64,000 bases of DNA from Candidatus Poribacteria bacterium. Its GTDB lineage: Bacteria; Poribacteria; WGA-4E; WGA-3G. Below, in pieces: positions 36,501 to 46,001 of the stretch. The stretch is from the NCBI GenBank assembly GCA_965262955.1, contig CBDHGE010000001.1, forward strand, positions 3,103,637 through 3,167,636, given 5' to 3'. Position 1 is the stretch's first letter. The number at the start of each line of letters is the position of its first letter. The notes beneath the pieces were generated by a model. It was given only the letters and a program-made list of their open reading frames with translations. It did not search any database and was not told where the DNA came from. Position numbers and translations under genes: made by a program.

Positions 36501-37508
36501 TTAAAGCGGAAAATCAATTGACTTTCCCTGTTCAGAGGACATATAGAACGCTTGCATCAACTCTGTGAGGTTGCGTCCATCTTGGATAGTAATCGTCATC
36601 GGTTCATCGCGAAGAATAGCGTTAATCCACTGTTGTATCGGTTCAGGTGGTGCTTCCGGGGCATTGGCGATATATTCTGCTTTTTCTTCATCAGAAAGTT
36701 TGCGGGTCTCAAAATGCATCTCACCGTGTCCCGCAGCGAATGAACCCTCAGTCCCGAAAATCTCAAGCATGTTCGGACCCGAACGATGTGTCCATGCAAC
36801 ATCAATCACGCCGAGTGCCTTATTTGCGAATTCAACAACTGATACGCTGTTATCATCAATCGGGAAATTACCAGTGAAATTGTTAATTTTAGCGATAGCA
36901 CTTTTAGGTTCACCCATCAACCACCGGATAACATCGACACGATGACATCCCAAGTCGAAAAGTGCACCGCCACCGGCGCGCTCAGGATCTGCGAACCATG
37001 CGCTTGTACCACTGAACCAACTGTCCAGCGCGGCAGAATGTGCAATCCGTCCCCTACCAAATGTAATGTCTCCAAGCAGTCCATCGTCAATCGCCTTTTT
37101 CGCAAATAGGATTTCGGGGTTAGCCCGCGAAGGCAGCGAAATCATGAACTTTACACCGGCTTTCTCAACGGCTTCGATGATTGGATCGCACTCCGCAACA
37201 GTAATGGCAAGGGCCTTCTCGGTAAAGATGTGTTTCCCAGCTTCAGCAGCGGCGATCATCACGCGCGGATGATCAGACGTGATCGCATCAACAGCGACTG
37301 CGTCTACGTCGTCACGACTAAGGACTTCATCCAGATCGGTATAAAATGGAACTTCATATTGTTCCGCTGCCTCTCTACCGCCCCCGCCATGGTCAAAGTC
37401 CTCTTCATCCCAGACAGCGACGAGTTCAGTTTCAGGGTTTTCGTTAATTTTTCGGGCGTAGCCACCAGCGTGGACGTGTGCCATGCTAATCTTTGCGACT
37501 CTAATCAT
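36501..37508 (-). CDS. Gfo/Idh/MocA-family oxidoreductase
   Basis: N-terminal Rossmann fold, EKALAIT, dimerisation domain. Confidence 0.85.
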   Translation of the reverse strand: MIRVAKISMAHVHAGGYARKINENPETELVAVWDEEDFDHGGGGREAAEQYEVPFYTDLDEVLSRDDVDAVAVDAITSDHPRVMIAAAEAGKHIFTEKALAITVAECDPIIEAVEKAGVKFMISLPSRANPEILFAKKAIDDGLLGDITFGRGRIAHSAALDSWFSGTSAWFADPERAGGGALFDLGCHRVDVIRWLMGEPKSAIAKINNFTGNFPIDDNSVSVVEFANKALGVIDVAWTHRSGPNMLEIFGTEGSFAAGHGEMHFETRKLSDEEKAEYIANAPEAPPEPIQQWINAILRDEPMTITIQDGRNLTELMQAFYMSSEQGKSIDFPL

Positions 37509-37543
37509 TTAATTCTCCTTTTTGAAGGGTGTGCTGTATAAAA

Positions 37544-38317
37544 TCATATAATCCTTCCCACAGAAGAGCGGGTTGCCAGATGATTCCAGCCACGAAGAAC
37601 CAGTTTGACGTTGGTATGGCGGTTTTCGGCTTCGATCTCATCATCACCAGCATGCATCTGAACCAGAACACTTTTTCGGGTTTTGTTGGAATGGTTCGGC
37701 ATCGAACCGTGTAGCGTGAAGTAGCTAAAGAAAAGGACATCTCCCGGTTCCGCTTCTAAAACGGTTGCCTTCTCAATCGGGTATCGCTCCGTAACCTCAG
37801 CGTTAGCACCACTTCCCATCATGCCGTCGGTGCGTCCCAGCTGCTTGTGAGAGCCGGGATAAACGCGAACACAACCCATCTCATCGGTAGCTTCTGAAAC
37901 GTAGATCATAGCCGCTATCATTGTGTCTTTGACAGAGGGAAAATACTGCCAATCTTGGTGCATTGGGAAAGGAGAGCCTGTCTCCGGCGGCTTACAGAAA
38001 AGTTTGGAATGGTGAAGCATTATATCTGGTCCGAGAATGGCTTCAGTGACATCAAGAAACCTTTCCTGCATGAACGCTTGCATCCAAACGCCAGAGAAAC
38101 TCTGAATATTATGGGTATGGATAATAACGGATTCACCACCATCAAGGGCATCCATCAATCTACCACCCCAACGGGCGTTCACGTTCTCGTCGCTTTTAAG
38201 AAGCTGATCCACCACGCGATCGAAGTCGTTTTCCATCGCCGTGATTTCTTCAACTGAATAGACACCCTTGGCGAAGTAATACCCGTTTTCGTGAAAAAAT
38301 TTTCCTATATCTGACAT
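37544..38317 (-). CDS. PhyH-family Fe(II)/2OG dioxygenase
   Basis: MHQDWQYFP...VRVYPGSHK...FFSYFTLHGSMPN. Confidence 0.85.
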   Translation of the reverse strand: MSDIGKFFHENGYYFAKGVYSVEEITAMENDFDRVVDQLLKSDENVNARWGGRLMDALDGGESVIIHTHNIQSFSGVWMQAFMQERFLDVTEAILGPDIMLHHSKLFCKPPETGSPFPMHQDWQYFPSVKDTMIAAMIYVSEATDEMGCVRVYPGSHKQLGRTDGMMGSGANAEVTERYPIEKATVLEAEPGDVLFFSYFTLHGSMPNHSNKTRKSVLVQMHAGDDEIEAENRHTNVKLVLRGWNHLATRSSVGRII

Positions 38318-39081
38318 TACGGTTTTGTAACCTCCAGAAAAAAATTATGGAACCAATCTAACGAGGATGTTTCTACGGTATCGACTTCGGTGATCTCCTC
38401 GCGCAGCTCACAAAACGTTTTGAACGCTGCGAACCGTCCATCACGCAGAATTCCAATGAATTTTCCATCTTGCGAATCTGTATTGCACAACCTATGGACA
38501 TCCTCAAGGCGGTTGGTAGCAAGTACAATGGTTTTTCCCATCGCTCGAAGTTCTTCAAGCAATGCTACCATCTCGATCTGCCCACCCGAATCAAGCGGCG
38601 TGAGCGGTTCATCAAGCAACCATAACTGCGGTTCGTGCAGGAAGGTTTTAGCGAACAATAGTCGCTGCCGTTCTCCTGTTGATAGGATACCGATTTTGGT
38701 GTCGCGTAGATTTTCAATATCCATTAACTCAAGCGCTGCGTTGATTGCAGCATCACGTTCGCGTTTGTCCAATTTATATGCAGCGGCGAAAAACTTGAGG
38801 TAATCGGTAACGGATAACTCAGAATACCCTTCAAAAGCAACGGGGATATATCCGATAGATGAACGCACCTGTCTCAGGTTCGCAAATGCATCGATCCCGT
38901 TGATAGAGACGCTACCCGATGTTGGTTCCGCTAACGTTGCTAAAATGTTGAGCAGGAGTGTCTTACCTGCCCCATTTCTGCCAAGTAGCACGAGACACTC
39001 CCCAGCTGCCACCTGAAACGTAAGTTCCGTGAGGAACGGTTTCTGGTCAAAGGATTTGGACAGGTTTTGAACATCAAGCAT
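38317..39081 (-). CDS. ABC transporter ATP-binding protein (no adjacent permease)
   Basis: Walker A GRNGAGKT, signature LSTGERQRL, Walker B LWLLDEP. The start of the downstream PhyH gene overlaps the stop by 1 nt. Confidence 0.85.
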   Translation of the reverse strand: MLDVQNLSKSFDQKPFLTELTFQVAAGECLVLLGRNGAGKTLLLNILATLAEPTSGSVSINGIDAFANLRQVRSSIGYIPVAFEGYSELSVTDYLKFFAAAYKLDKRERDAAINAALELMDIENLRDTKIGILSTGERQRLLFAKTFLHEPQLWLLDEPLTPLDSGGQIEMVALLEELRAMGKTIVLATNRLEDVHRLCNTDSQDGKFIGILRDGRFAAFKTFCELREEITEVDTVETSSLDWFHNFFLEVTKP

Positions 39082-39159
39082 TTTTAACAGTTCGCCATGT
39101 AAACCGTGGATTTTCTTGTAAGGCCTGCTTTTCGAGTCTGGAGAAGCTGTTGTATTAAT

Positions 39160-40206
39160 TTAACGCAAGTCCACTTTAACAGGTCTGCCGAGTTCTGCGG
39201 ACTGCCACGCAGCTTCAGTTAATTGAATAACACGTAATCCGTTCTCGACACCGATCGGATTATCTGTCCGTTCACCTCGGATAAGCTCAATAAAGGTGAC
39301 ATCCTTGTTACCTGATGCCGGCATTTCAGACGCGTCGACAAGTTCCGGATTACCTTCCCGTCCTTGGCGATAGAGTTGACCTGCGCGAAGATAAAGCGCG
39401 CCTTCCTCAAGCCAGATAGAAAAATCTTCTCGAACGCCTCCAAAAGCGTGTCCGACAATGCTAATATTACACAAGGCGCCCGTATCAAACTTGATTGACA
39501 TCGCCGTGAGAACATCTACTTCAATGTCCAAGTTGTCTATCATCGCGAAAACGGTGTCAGGACTCGCTTCCAATACCCAAAGGAGAATGTCAATCAGATG
39601 GCTCCCTGAGTCGTTCAATTGTCCACCGCCGCCAAGAAATGGATCTTGTCGCCACTTCCCCTGCTGATTTCGATACCAGTTCTGCGATTGATGCGCCGAC
39701 ACAAAGTTCACGCGACCCAATTCACCACTCTGGACTATATTGCGGCAGTATTGATAGGTCGGACTCAGATGGCGTTGGTAGCCGATCATCAGGTGCAAGC
39801 CGGTCTCTTCCACTTTTGCGATCACCTGTTTAGCGTGATCCACGGTGCAGACCATCGGTTTTTCCGTGTGCACATGGCATCCTGCATCAAGTGCGTCCAT
39901 GATGTGCTGGAAATGCAGACCGTGCGGTGAGCTAATGACAACAGCATCAGGCTTCGCAGCAGCCAGCATCTCAACGTGATCCGAATAGGTAGGCAGAGAT
40001 GCGTCTAAACCAACGTTTTCCTTGAAGGCATCGAGTGAACTTCCACTCGGATCCGCAAGGGCAACAATCTCTACATCTTCAACACTTGATACGCTCCGTC
40101 CGTGTCCACGGGCGTTACCACCACATCCGATGAAGGCAAAATTTAGTTTCTGTTTTGACAATTGTATATCGCTCCCGTACTTAAATCTTGGTGCATAACC
40201 TATCAC
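39160..40206 (-). CDS. Gfo/Idh/MocA-family oxidoreductase
   Basis: LNFAFIGCGGNARGH Rossmann motif, EKPM block. Confidence 0.85.
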   Translation of the reverse strand: MIGYAPRFKYGSDIQLSKQKLNFAFIGCGGNARGHGRSVSSVEDVEIVALADPSGSSLDAFKENVGLDASLPTYSDHVEMLAAAKPDAVVISSPHGLHFQHIMDALDAGCHVHTEKPMVCTVDHAKQVIAKVEETGLHLMIGYQRHLSPTYQYCRNIVQSGELGRVNFVSAHQSQNWYRNQQGKWRQDPFLGGGGQLNDSGSHLIDILLWVLEASPDTVFAMIDNLDIEVDVLTAMSIKFDTGALCNISIVGHAFGGVREDFSIWLEEGALYLRAGQLYRQGREGNPELVDASEMPASGNKDVTFIELIRGERTDNPIGVENGLRVIQLTEAAWQSAELGRPVKVDLR

Positions 40207-40359
40207 AACCTATAATAAAAGTGCAAGCGTTAATTTCTGATCCAAAATGCGAGATATATTGTGTAAAAATGCTTATTTAAACTTGAACTCGATAATAGAG
40301 ATGCAAATGGACATCCTAAAGTCAAACCCACATTAGATAAGTAACATTTTAAATTTAAC

Positions 40360-40388
40360 TTGACATAAGTTAATAAAAATAATATAAT
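40360..40388 (+). promoter_or_regulatory. Perfect-consensus sigma70 promoter (TTGACA, 17 nt, TATAAT) inside an AT-rich island
   Basis: ttgacataagttaataaaaataatataat read directly. Points toward repeat-A copy 3 and the TonB-dependent receptor about 1 kb downstream. Confidence 0.45.
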
Positions 40389-40438
40389 ATATCATGACTC
40401 TTTTCACATGTAGAAAATCGGCAATTTGATAAAGAAAT

Positions 40439-40559
40439 GTGAGTTCGAGAAAGAGCACTTGTACCGTAAACTTTTAGTTTGCGTGCCTCTGAGTAGAATA
40501 GTTCAGCTTTCTAATAATTTACATCCGGATGCCCGAATGGATGCCCGAACTTGTTCGGG
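40439..40559 (+). repeat. Interspersed repeat family A, full copy with internal duplication of the gcccgaa unit
   Basis: gtgagttcgagaaagagcacttgtaccgtaaacttttagtttgc...tttctaataatttacatccggatgcccgaatggatgcccgaacttgttcggg. Confidence 0.6.
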
Positions 40560-40647
40560 ATACCTTCATCAATCGACATCAGCATATAATTCTGCAAATC
40601 CTAAAAATCCTGTAAATCTTGGTTCAGACAAAATAAAAAATAAACAA

Positions 40648-40750
40648 GCGCACTTTCCAGACACTTTCACTGACACAGTGTGTCACTTTCAGTAGCACTT
40701 TGAGTGTCACTTTCAACAGCACTATGACAGTCATAGTGCTGTGCACTTTT
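40648..40750 (+). repeat. Cluster of CACTTT direct repeats plus two perfect palindromes (TGACACAgTGTGTCA at 40671..40685; AGCACTATGACaGTCATAGTGCT at 40718..40740). Candidate operator array.
   Basis: Read directly. Lies between the consensus promoter and the TonB-dependent receptor gene. Confidence 0.45.
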
Positions 40751-40989
40751 ACAATATACCCCACTTATAAGCACAAAAACCCCACAATTTGCGGCGTACT
40801 CGCTAAAATGCGACGTGCATTCAGCCCCTCCAGACCCAATCACCAACACCCATATTTTCAGAGTAACTTTCACAACAACTTTTCCCTAAAGCCAGAAAAA
40901 CCCAGTCAGTGTATGGGTTCGTAGTCTCTTTCCCAATTTATCATTTTCCGATTTTACTCTGAACACTCTGAAATTAGGATGGATCCTCA

Positions 40990-41045
40990 TGCCCAACTTC
41001 TTCCTGTAGGAGCGAGTGTTTTTGCTTGGGTATTTTCCCATGCTC
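40990..41045 (+). repeat. Interspersed repeat family B, copy 1 (about 56 bp, imperfect hairpin GGAGCGAG...CTCGCGAC)
   Basis: ttcttcctgtaggagcgagtgtttttgcttgggtattttcccatgctcgcgacttc. Near-identical to 50010..50066. Confidence 0.55.
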
Positions 41046-41353
41046 GCGACTTCTATATCCTCCAATTTTGATATAACATAGCAATGGTAACTGCCACACC
41101 TAACTGCTAATTACTAATCGCTAATCACCAATTACCAACTTCACATTATTTGAAAATACCTCAGTGAGTGAGCGGAAGTGTCCAATAAATGAACAGCACT
41201 GAACAAATTATGAAAAAGATAAATCGAAATTCACCTGTTTTAAGCCGAATTACAGTTGGCACGCAATTTGCTACGGTTATGATAAAGCAGGGATCAGATA
41301 TTGTAGGATGCCTACCAGACATCCAGAAAAGTGGATTTGAAGGAGAATGCGCA

Positions 41354-43675
41354 GTGCAAAAATTAAGTTATCTTTTTTTTCTCATAAGTTTAAGTCTATT
41401 AGTGGGTTGGGTGCCACAGATGGGCGCGGAAAGCGATAGAGAAAGTAGTGAGGAAGCTGTCACTCTTGAGGAAATAACGGTTACAGCCACACGTGCCGAG
41501 AAGGACCCTTTCAAAACGCCTAATACTATCACCGTCCTCAATTTAAAACAGTTGGAACAGACCAACGCGGACATCGCATCCAATCTACTGCGTGATGCAG
41601 TCGGCGTTGAGGCACAGCAGACGACGGTAGGGCAAGGTTCTCCATTACTCCGGGGCTTGACTGGCTACCAGACCGTAATACAAGTTGACTGGGTTCGCCT
41701 CAATAATTCAACATTTCGTTCAGGACCGAACCAATACGCCGCAACCCTGGCACCGGAAACCTTAGAGCGAGCAGAGGTGCTACTCGGCTCAAGTTCCATG
41801 CTATATGGAAGCGGCGCGATGGGTGGTGTTATCAGCATGTTTACCAAAGAGGTGCCGCTTGACCCATCACAAGAAACTTGGAATATCCATCCACGACTAC
41901 TTGCCCGCTACGCGACGGCTACTCAGGAACGGCTTGGTAGGTTAGAGATGACGGGGAACAAAGGACGTTTTGGATTCATTGCTGGCGGTGGCATGCGATC
42001 CTACGGTAATATAACCTCTGGAAGTGGATACGACCTCCACTACAAAAATCGGAAGTTTGAAATAGTAAACGAGAAACCAAGTGGCGTGGAACTCTTTGAT
42101 GAGATGCCAGCGACGCCGCCTGAGAGATGGCTCATTGACGAAGAAGGTCCGCTGGGTTGGAAAGCCTATGATGCCGACGCAAAAATTGCGTATCAGCTCA
42201 GCGATACGAGTACTGTCAACGTTGCCTACCAGATGTGGAGGCAACCGCAAACACCACGCTATGATAAAATCGCCCCACGGGAGTTTGACGAATTCTATTT
42301 TGAACCGCAAAATCGGGATCTCGTTTATGCCAATTATATAGTGAATCCAATAGCAAGTAGCATCGACACGGTACGCCTGACGGCGTCTTATCATCGCCAA
42401 AAAGAGGGACGAAACGAACTGAAGCTCAATTCAACATCTCGACGGCAGCGGTATGATACGGTTAACACCATCGGCTTGAGCGCGCAAGTAATCAGCACGA
42501 TTCTTCCTCGGCAACGCTTGGTCGGTGGTGGAGAATTCTACTTTGATATGCTGCAGAGTCGGACCATCAAAACAGATATCAAGACGCGCAAGGAAGATGT
42601 TGATGAAAATCTTGGGCGTTTCATTAACGGTTCTCAATTCTGGGATGCAAGTTTGTTCCTCCAAGATGAAATCATGATCCACGAGCGGGTAGAACTGACC
42701 ATCGGGGGTCGTGCAACCCTTTATCAAACAAATGCTGACCTCAGTTTGCGTGATCCCAGTTTCGATAAATTCAATGAATTCGATAGCAGTTTAACCGGTA
42801 GTGCTGGGATCGTTATCGGGCTTACAGATTCTCTAAACTTTGTCAGTAGTTTTGGAACCGCATTTCGCGCGCCCTCTCTAAATGATACAACCGCAGTAGA
42901 GGTTACCAATGAAGGCGTTACTGCGCCCAGTCCCGATTTGGGTCCTGAAACCTCATGGACGGTTGAGAGCGGACTCAGAGCGAGACATTCCTACTTCCGG
43001 GGTGCTCTAACGTTATTTCACAGTCGGGTCAACGGTTTAGTTGCACGCAGACCTGTCCAAGAAGCTTACACAGGTGAAACATTACCCCAACTCCATCAAG
43101 ATCTGATTACTGAATATAAGGATATTGATGTACTCGTATTTGACAACGTTGATGAAGTGCAATTTCAAGGCATTGAATTAGCAGGGCTAATCCCAATGCA
43201 TTCCGATTGGTCGGTCTATGGTAATGCAGCATTGATACGCGGGCAAGTCCTCAAGATTAACGGTGAGGCACCAGATCCTGCGAAGCCTTGGGAAGCACGT
43301 ACGCGTAGAGAACCTCCATTGAACGGAATCTTTGGAATCCAGTGGGAACCGAGGCACACGCAGTTTTGGGCGACGTTCTTTGTGAGAGGTGCAGCAGAAC
43401 AGAGGCGACTGAATCGGAGCGACATCCGCGACCCGCGGATACAGGGCTCAACGCGCGATCCGGCGGAAGTTAAATTTGACACCAATGGTGCCGCAATAGA
43501 TGCTGGGACGCCAGCATGGTGGACCCTCAACATTCGTGGCGGTGTTAAGCTCTTTGATTACACACGTTTGACCCTGTCACTTGATAATCTACTTAATCGG
43601 CGGTATCGTCAGCACGGTTCCGGTATAAATTCTCCAGGTTTCAATGTAGGTTTAACTCTGGACAATCGATTTTAG
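41354..43675 (+). CDS. TonB-dependent outer-membrane receptor
   Basis: Signal peptide, plug domain (ITVTATRAEKDPFKTPNTITVLN...), 22-strand barrel region, terminal ...GLTLDNRF (C-terminal Phe). Start moved to GTG 41354 (AAGGAG 8 nt upstream, directly before the signal peptide). The ORF track start 41189 adds a 55-aa non-secretory leader. Confidence 0.85.
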   Translation: MQKLSYLFFLISLSLLVGWVPQMGAESDRESSEEAVTLEEITVTATRAEKDPFKTPNTITVLNLKQLEQTNADIASNLLRDAVGVEAQQTTVGQGSPLLRGLTGYQTVIQVDWVRLNNSTFRSGPNQYAATLAPETLERAEVLLGSSSMLYGSGAMGGVISMFTKEVPLDPSQETWNIHPRLLARYATATQERLGRLEMTGNKGRFGFIAGGGMRSYGNITSGSGYDLHYKNRKFEIVNEKPSGVELFDEMPATPPERWLIDEEGPLGWKAYDADAKIAYQLSDTSTVNVAYQMWRQPQTPRYDKIAPREFDEFYFEPQNRDLVYANYIVNPIASSIDTVRLTASYHRQKEGRNELKLNSTSRRQRYDTVNTIGLSAQVISTILPRQRLVGGGEFYFDMLQSRTIKTDIKTRKEDVDENLGRFINGSQFWDASLFLQDEIMIHERVELTIGGRATLYQTNADLSLRDPSFDKFNEFDSSLTGSAGIVIGLTDSLNFVSSFGTAFRAPSLNDTTAVEVTNEGVTAPSPDLGPETSWTVESGLRARHSYFRGALTLFHSRVNGLVARRPVQEAYTGETLPQLHQDLITEYKDIDVLVFDNVDEVQFQGIELAGLIPMHSDWSVYGNAALIRGQVLKINGEAPDPAKPWEARTRREPPLNGIFGIQWEPRHTQFWATFFVRGAAEQRRLNRSDIRDPRIQGSTRDPAEVKFDTNGAAIDAGTPAWWTLNIRGGVKLFDYTRLTLSLDNLLNRRYRQHGSGINSPGFNVGLTLDNRF

Positions 43676-43742
43676 AGGTTACTTACCAATGGTAGGCGCG
43701 GTTTCTAACCGCTCCCGTAACTTTTCTAACTCCACCCACAAC

Positions 43743-44255
43743 TTACAGCACTTCAAATTTCTTCTTGATAAATTCGACCACGATTTCTGGCACCATCTCC
43801 TGTAACTTCTCCTCCTTTATCTTCCGCTGTGCCATCTGCACGACCTCCATCACCAGCGTTGAGCTAATATGTGCGTACTGAGTGTTAGCCATCATAAAGA
43901 GGGTATCAATATCCGGCGCAATCTGCTGGTTCATCCGTGCCATCTTGAATTCCCATTCAAAATCTGAGATTTCACGTAACCCGCGGATGATAGCGCACGC
44001 GCCGCGTCTCTGCGCGTAATGCACCGTTAATCCAGTGTATCCAGCAATGGACGCTTGCGGATACGGGCCAATGACAATTTCAAGCATCTCAGTACGTTCC
44101 TCAAGCGTGAAACGCGCCGGCTTAGCAGGGTTAACACCGATAGCCACTATGAGTTCGTCAAAAATACCGAGATTGCAAATTCGATCGATAAGATCAACAT
44201 GCCCGTTCGTGACGGGATCAAAACTGGCAGGAAAGATGGCAATTTTTTTCGGCAT
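43743..44255 (-). CDS. coaD: Phosphopantetheine adenylyltransferase
   Basis: IAIFPASFDPVTNGHVDLI (HxGH nucleotidyltransferase motif), ...ISSTLVME. Confidence 0.9.
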   Translation of the reverse strand: MPKKIAIFPASFDPVTNGHVDLIDRICNLGIFDELIVAIGVNPAKPARFTLEERTEMLEIVIGPYPQASIAGYTGLTVHYAQRRGACAIIRGLREISDFEWEFKMARMNQQIAPDIDTLFMMANTQYAHISSTLVMEVVQMAQRKIKEEKLQEMVPEIVVEFIKKKFEVL

Positions 44256-44430
44256 GTAGATTCCTTTCTGGTGAGAATTAAGGCTTTTTTCGTAGTTGTG
44301 CGAACCCCTGATCTAATTGCTATATCATTATACCACAAGACCCTGTGTCACACAAATTCATCAAAAAAAATTGCCCTATTTCTGCACGTGTGATATAATA
44401 GCGGGTATTACATAACAAGGAGGCTTACTA

Positions 44431-45063
44431 ATGGGAAAAATTAACACACTCGTTTTTGCAGGTGGCGCAATCCATGATTGGAAAGGATGTAGCGACGAAA
44501 TCGTGAAAGTGCTTTCACAGGGAGATGAATTTGAGATTACCAGAGTAGAGGAAGACTTAGATGCTCTTGTCTCACCAAATTTGGATCCCTATGATCTCGT
44601 TGTCTTCTACTATACGATAGGAGAAATTTCGGACGCGCAGAAGAACGGTCTACTCAACCATGTCGCTTCGGGGAAAGGCTACGTCGGTGTTCACTCGGCG
44701 GCGGATTCGTTCCGTGGATGTCCGGAGTATCGTTCAATGGTAGGTGGCTATTTTGTTACACATCCGCGCTACCGCGACTACCAAGTCAGCATCGTCGATA
44801 GCGAACACGCGATCACCGAAGGACTTGATGAGTTTGTCGTGACAGATGAACAATACATCCTTGACTACGATCCTCGGAATCATGTGCTTGCATCAGCGTT
44901 GTGGCAAGGTGCTGCAGCACCCGTTGCATGGACAAAGAATTGGGGTGAAGGCAAAGTTTTCTACCTCGCACTCGGTCATGATGCAGCAGCCTGTCAGCAC
45001 GAGATGTTTGGAACACTTCTGCAGCGCGGAGCACTCTGGGCAGGCAGGAGCAACGGTGAATAA
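44431..45063 (+). CDS. ThuA-like class I glutamine-amidotransferase-fold protein
   Basis: NTLVFAGGAIHDW...VFYYTIGEISDAQKNGLLNHVASGKGYVGVHSAADSF. Confidence 0.65.
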   Translation: MGKINTLVFAGGAIHDWKGCSDEIVKVLSQGDEFEITRVEEDLDALVSPNLDPYDLVVFYYTIGEISDAQKNGLLNHVASGKGYVGVHSAADSFRGCPEYRSMVGGYFVTHPRYRDYQVSIVDSEHAITEGLDEFVVTDEQYILDYDPRNHVLASALWQGAAAPVAWTKNWGEGKVFYLALGHDAAACQHEMFGTLLQRGALWAGRSNGE

Positions 45064-45214
45064 ATGCTATAACCTTTTGTTGTAGCGAATATACCCTCCC
45101 GTTGAAGCGCGAGGTCTTCATAATACAGACTTTCAAGCGATAACCTTTGAACCTCGCGCTCACTACCACTTCACATTCCTATGGACAGCGTTCTTCTTAT
45201 AACAGCAGAAAGAC

Positions 45215-45895
45215 ATGAGACAGCAAATTACGGATATTCAGGCAGTTCCTGAATTACCCTCACATTGCCAACTCTTTCTGGATGGTGAACCGTTTGTTGT
45301 AATTCATGCTATTTTAGTTGAAAATTTTGGGTTACGCATCGGTTTACAGATTGAACCCGTAGTTATCGAGAAGTTGATCGCTGCAGATGAGGTGATGCGC
45401 GCGAAAAACTACGCGCTGGGGTTATTACGTGAAGAAAAGGCTGACGATGCAGAGGATGAAGTAGAGGATTCTCATCCTACGGTAAAGTCAAAAACCTATA
45501 CCAAAAGTGGGATGGCGCAGCGGCTCGAACGAGAAGGTTTTTCGGAAGAAGCTGTTGAGACGGCTGTTGAGGAGTTGATTGATTCAGGACATATTCGGGA
45601 CCGGAAGTACGCAGAGAATTGGGTGGCTCGCAGGCAAAAATCAAATCCGCGAGGCAAGACCTTACTAAAACATGAACTTTTTGACAGAGGAGTTGATCGC
45701 GAAACAGCAGAGCAAGTTGTGGCGCAGGTAGAGACCGAAGACGAAGCTGTTCTCGCATTTCAGATCGCACTGAAACGAATGAAGCAGTATCGACAGTTAC
45801 CAACGCATGTCGCTAAACGTCGATTACACGGATTTCTGGCGCGGCGTGGATTTGAAGCGGAAGTTGTACGACAGGTACTTGAACAGATTTTTTAG
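45215..45895 (+). CDS. recX: RecX-family regulatory protein (divergent N-terminal region)
   Basis: Three-helix repeats: IDSGHIRDRKYAENWVARRQKSNPRGKTLLKHELFDRGVDRETAEQVV...RRLHGFLARRGFEAEVVRQVL. Confidence 0.6.
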   Translation: MRQQITDIQAVPELPSHCQLFLDGEPFVVIHAILVENFGLRIGLQIEPVVIEKLIAADEVMRAKNYALGLLREEKADDAEDEVEDSHPTVKSKTYTKSGMAQRLEREGFSEEAVETAVEELIDSGHIRDRKYAENWVARRQKSNPRGKTLLKHELFDRGVDRETAEQVVAQVETEDEAVLAFQIALKRMKQYRQLPTHVAKRRLHGFLARRGFEAEVVRQVLEQIF

Positions 45896-46001
45896 TGCAT
45901 CAGAGAAATTTAATGAAAATTGTCCAACCAGATTTTTGCCTTGACTTCTCTATTCAAGATAGACTATAATAAGGACAGAAAAAACAGGAGAAAGTCTAAA
46001 C

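Noticed and set aside
40930-41353. Cobalamin or other riboswitch in the TonB-receptor leader
   Set aside because: No B12-box (GCCACTG) or other recognisable riboswitch core seen; only the repeats and palindromes reported above.
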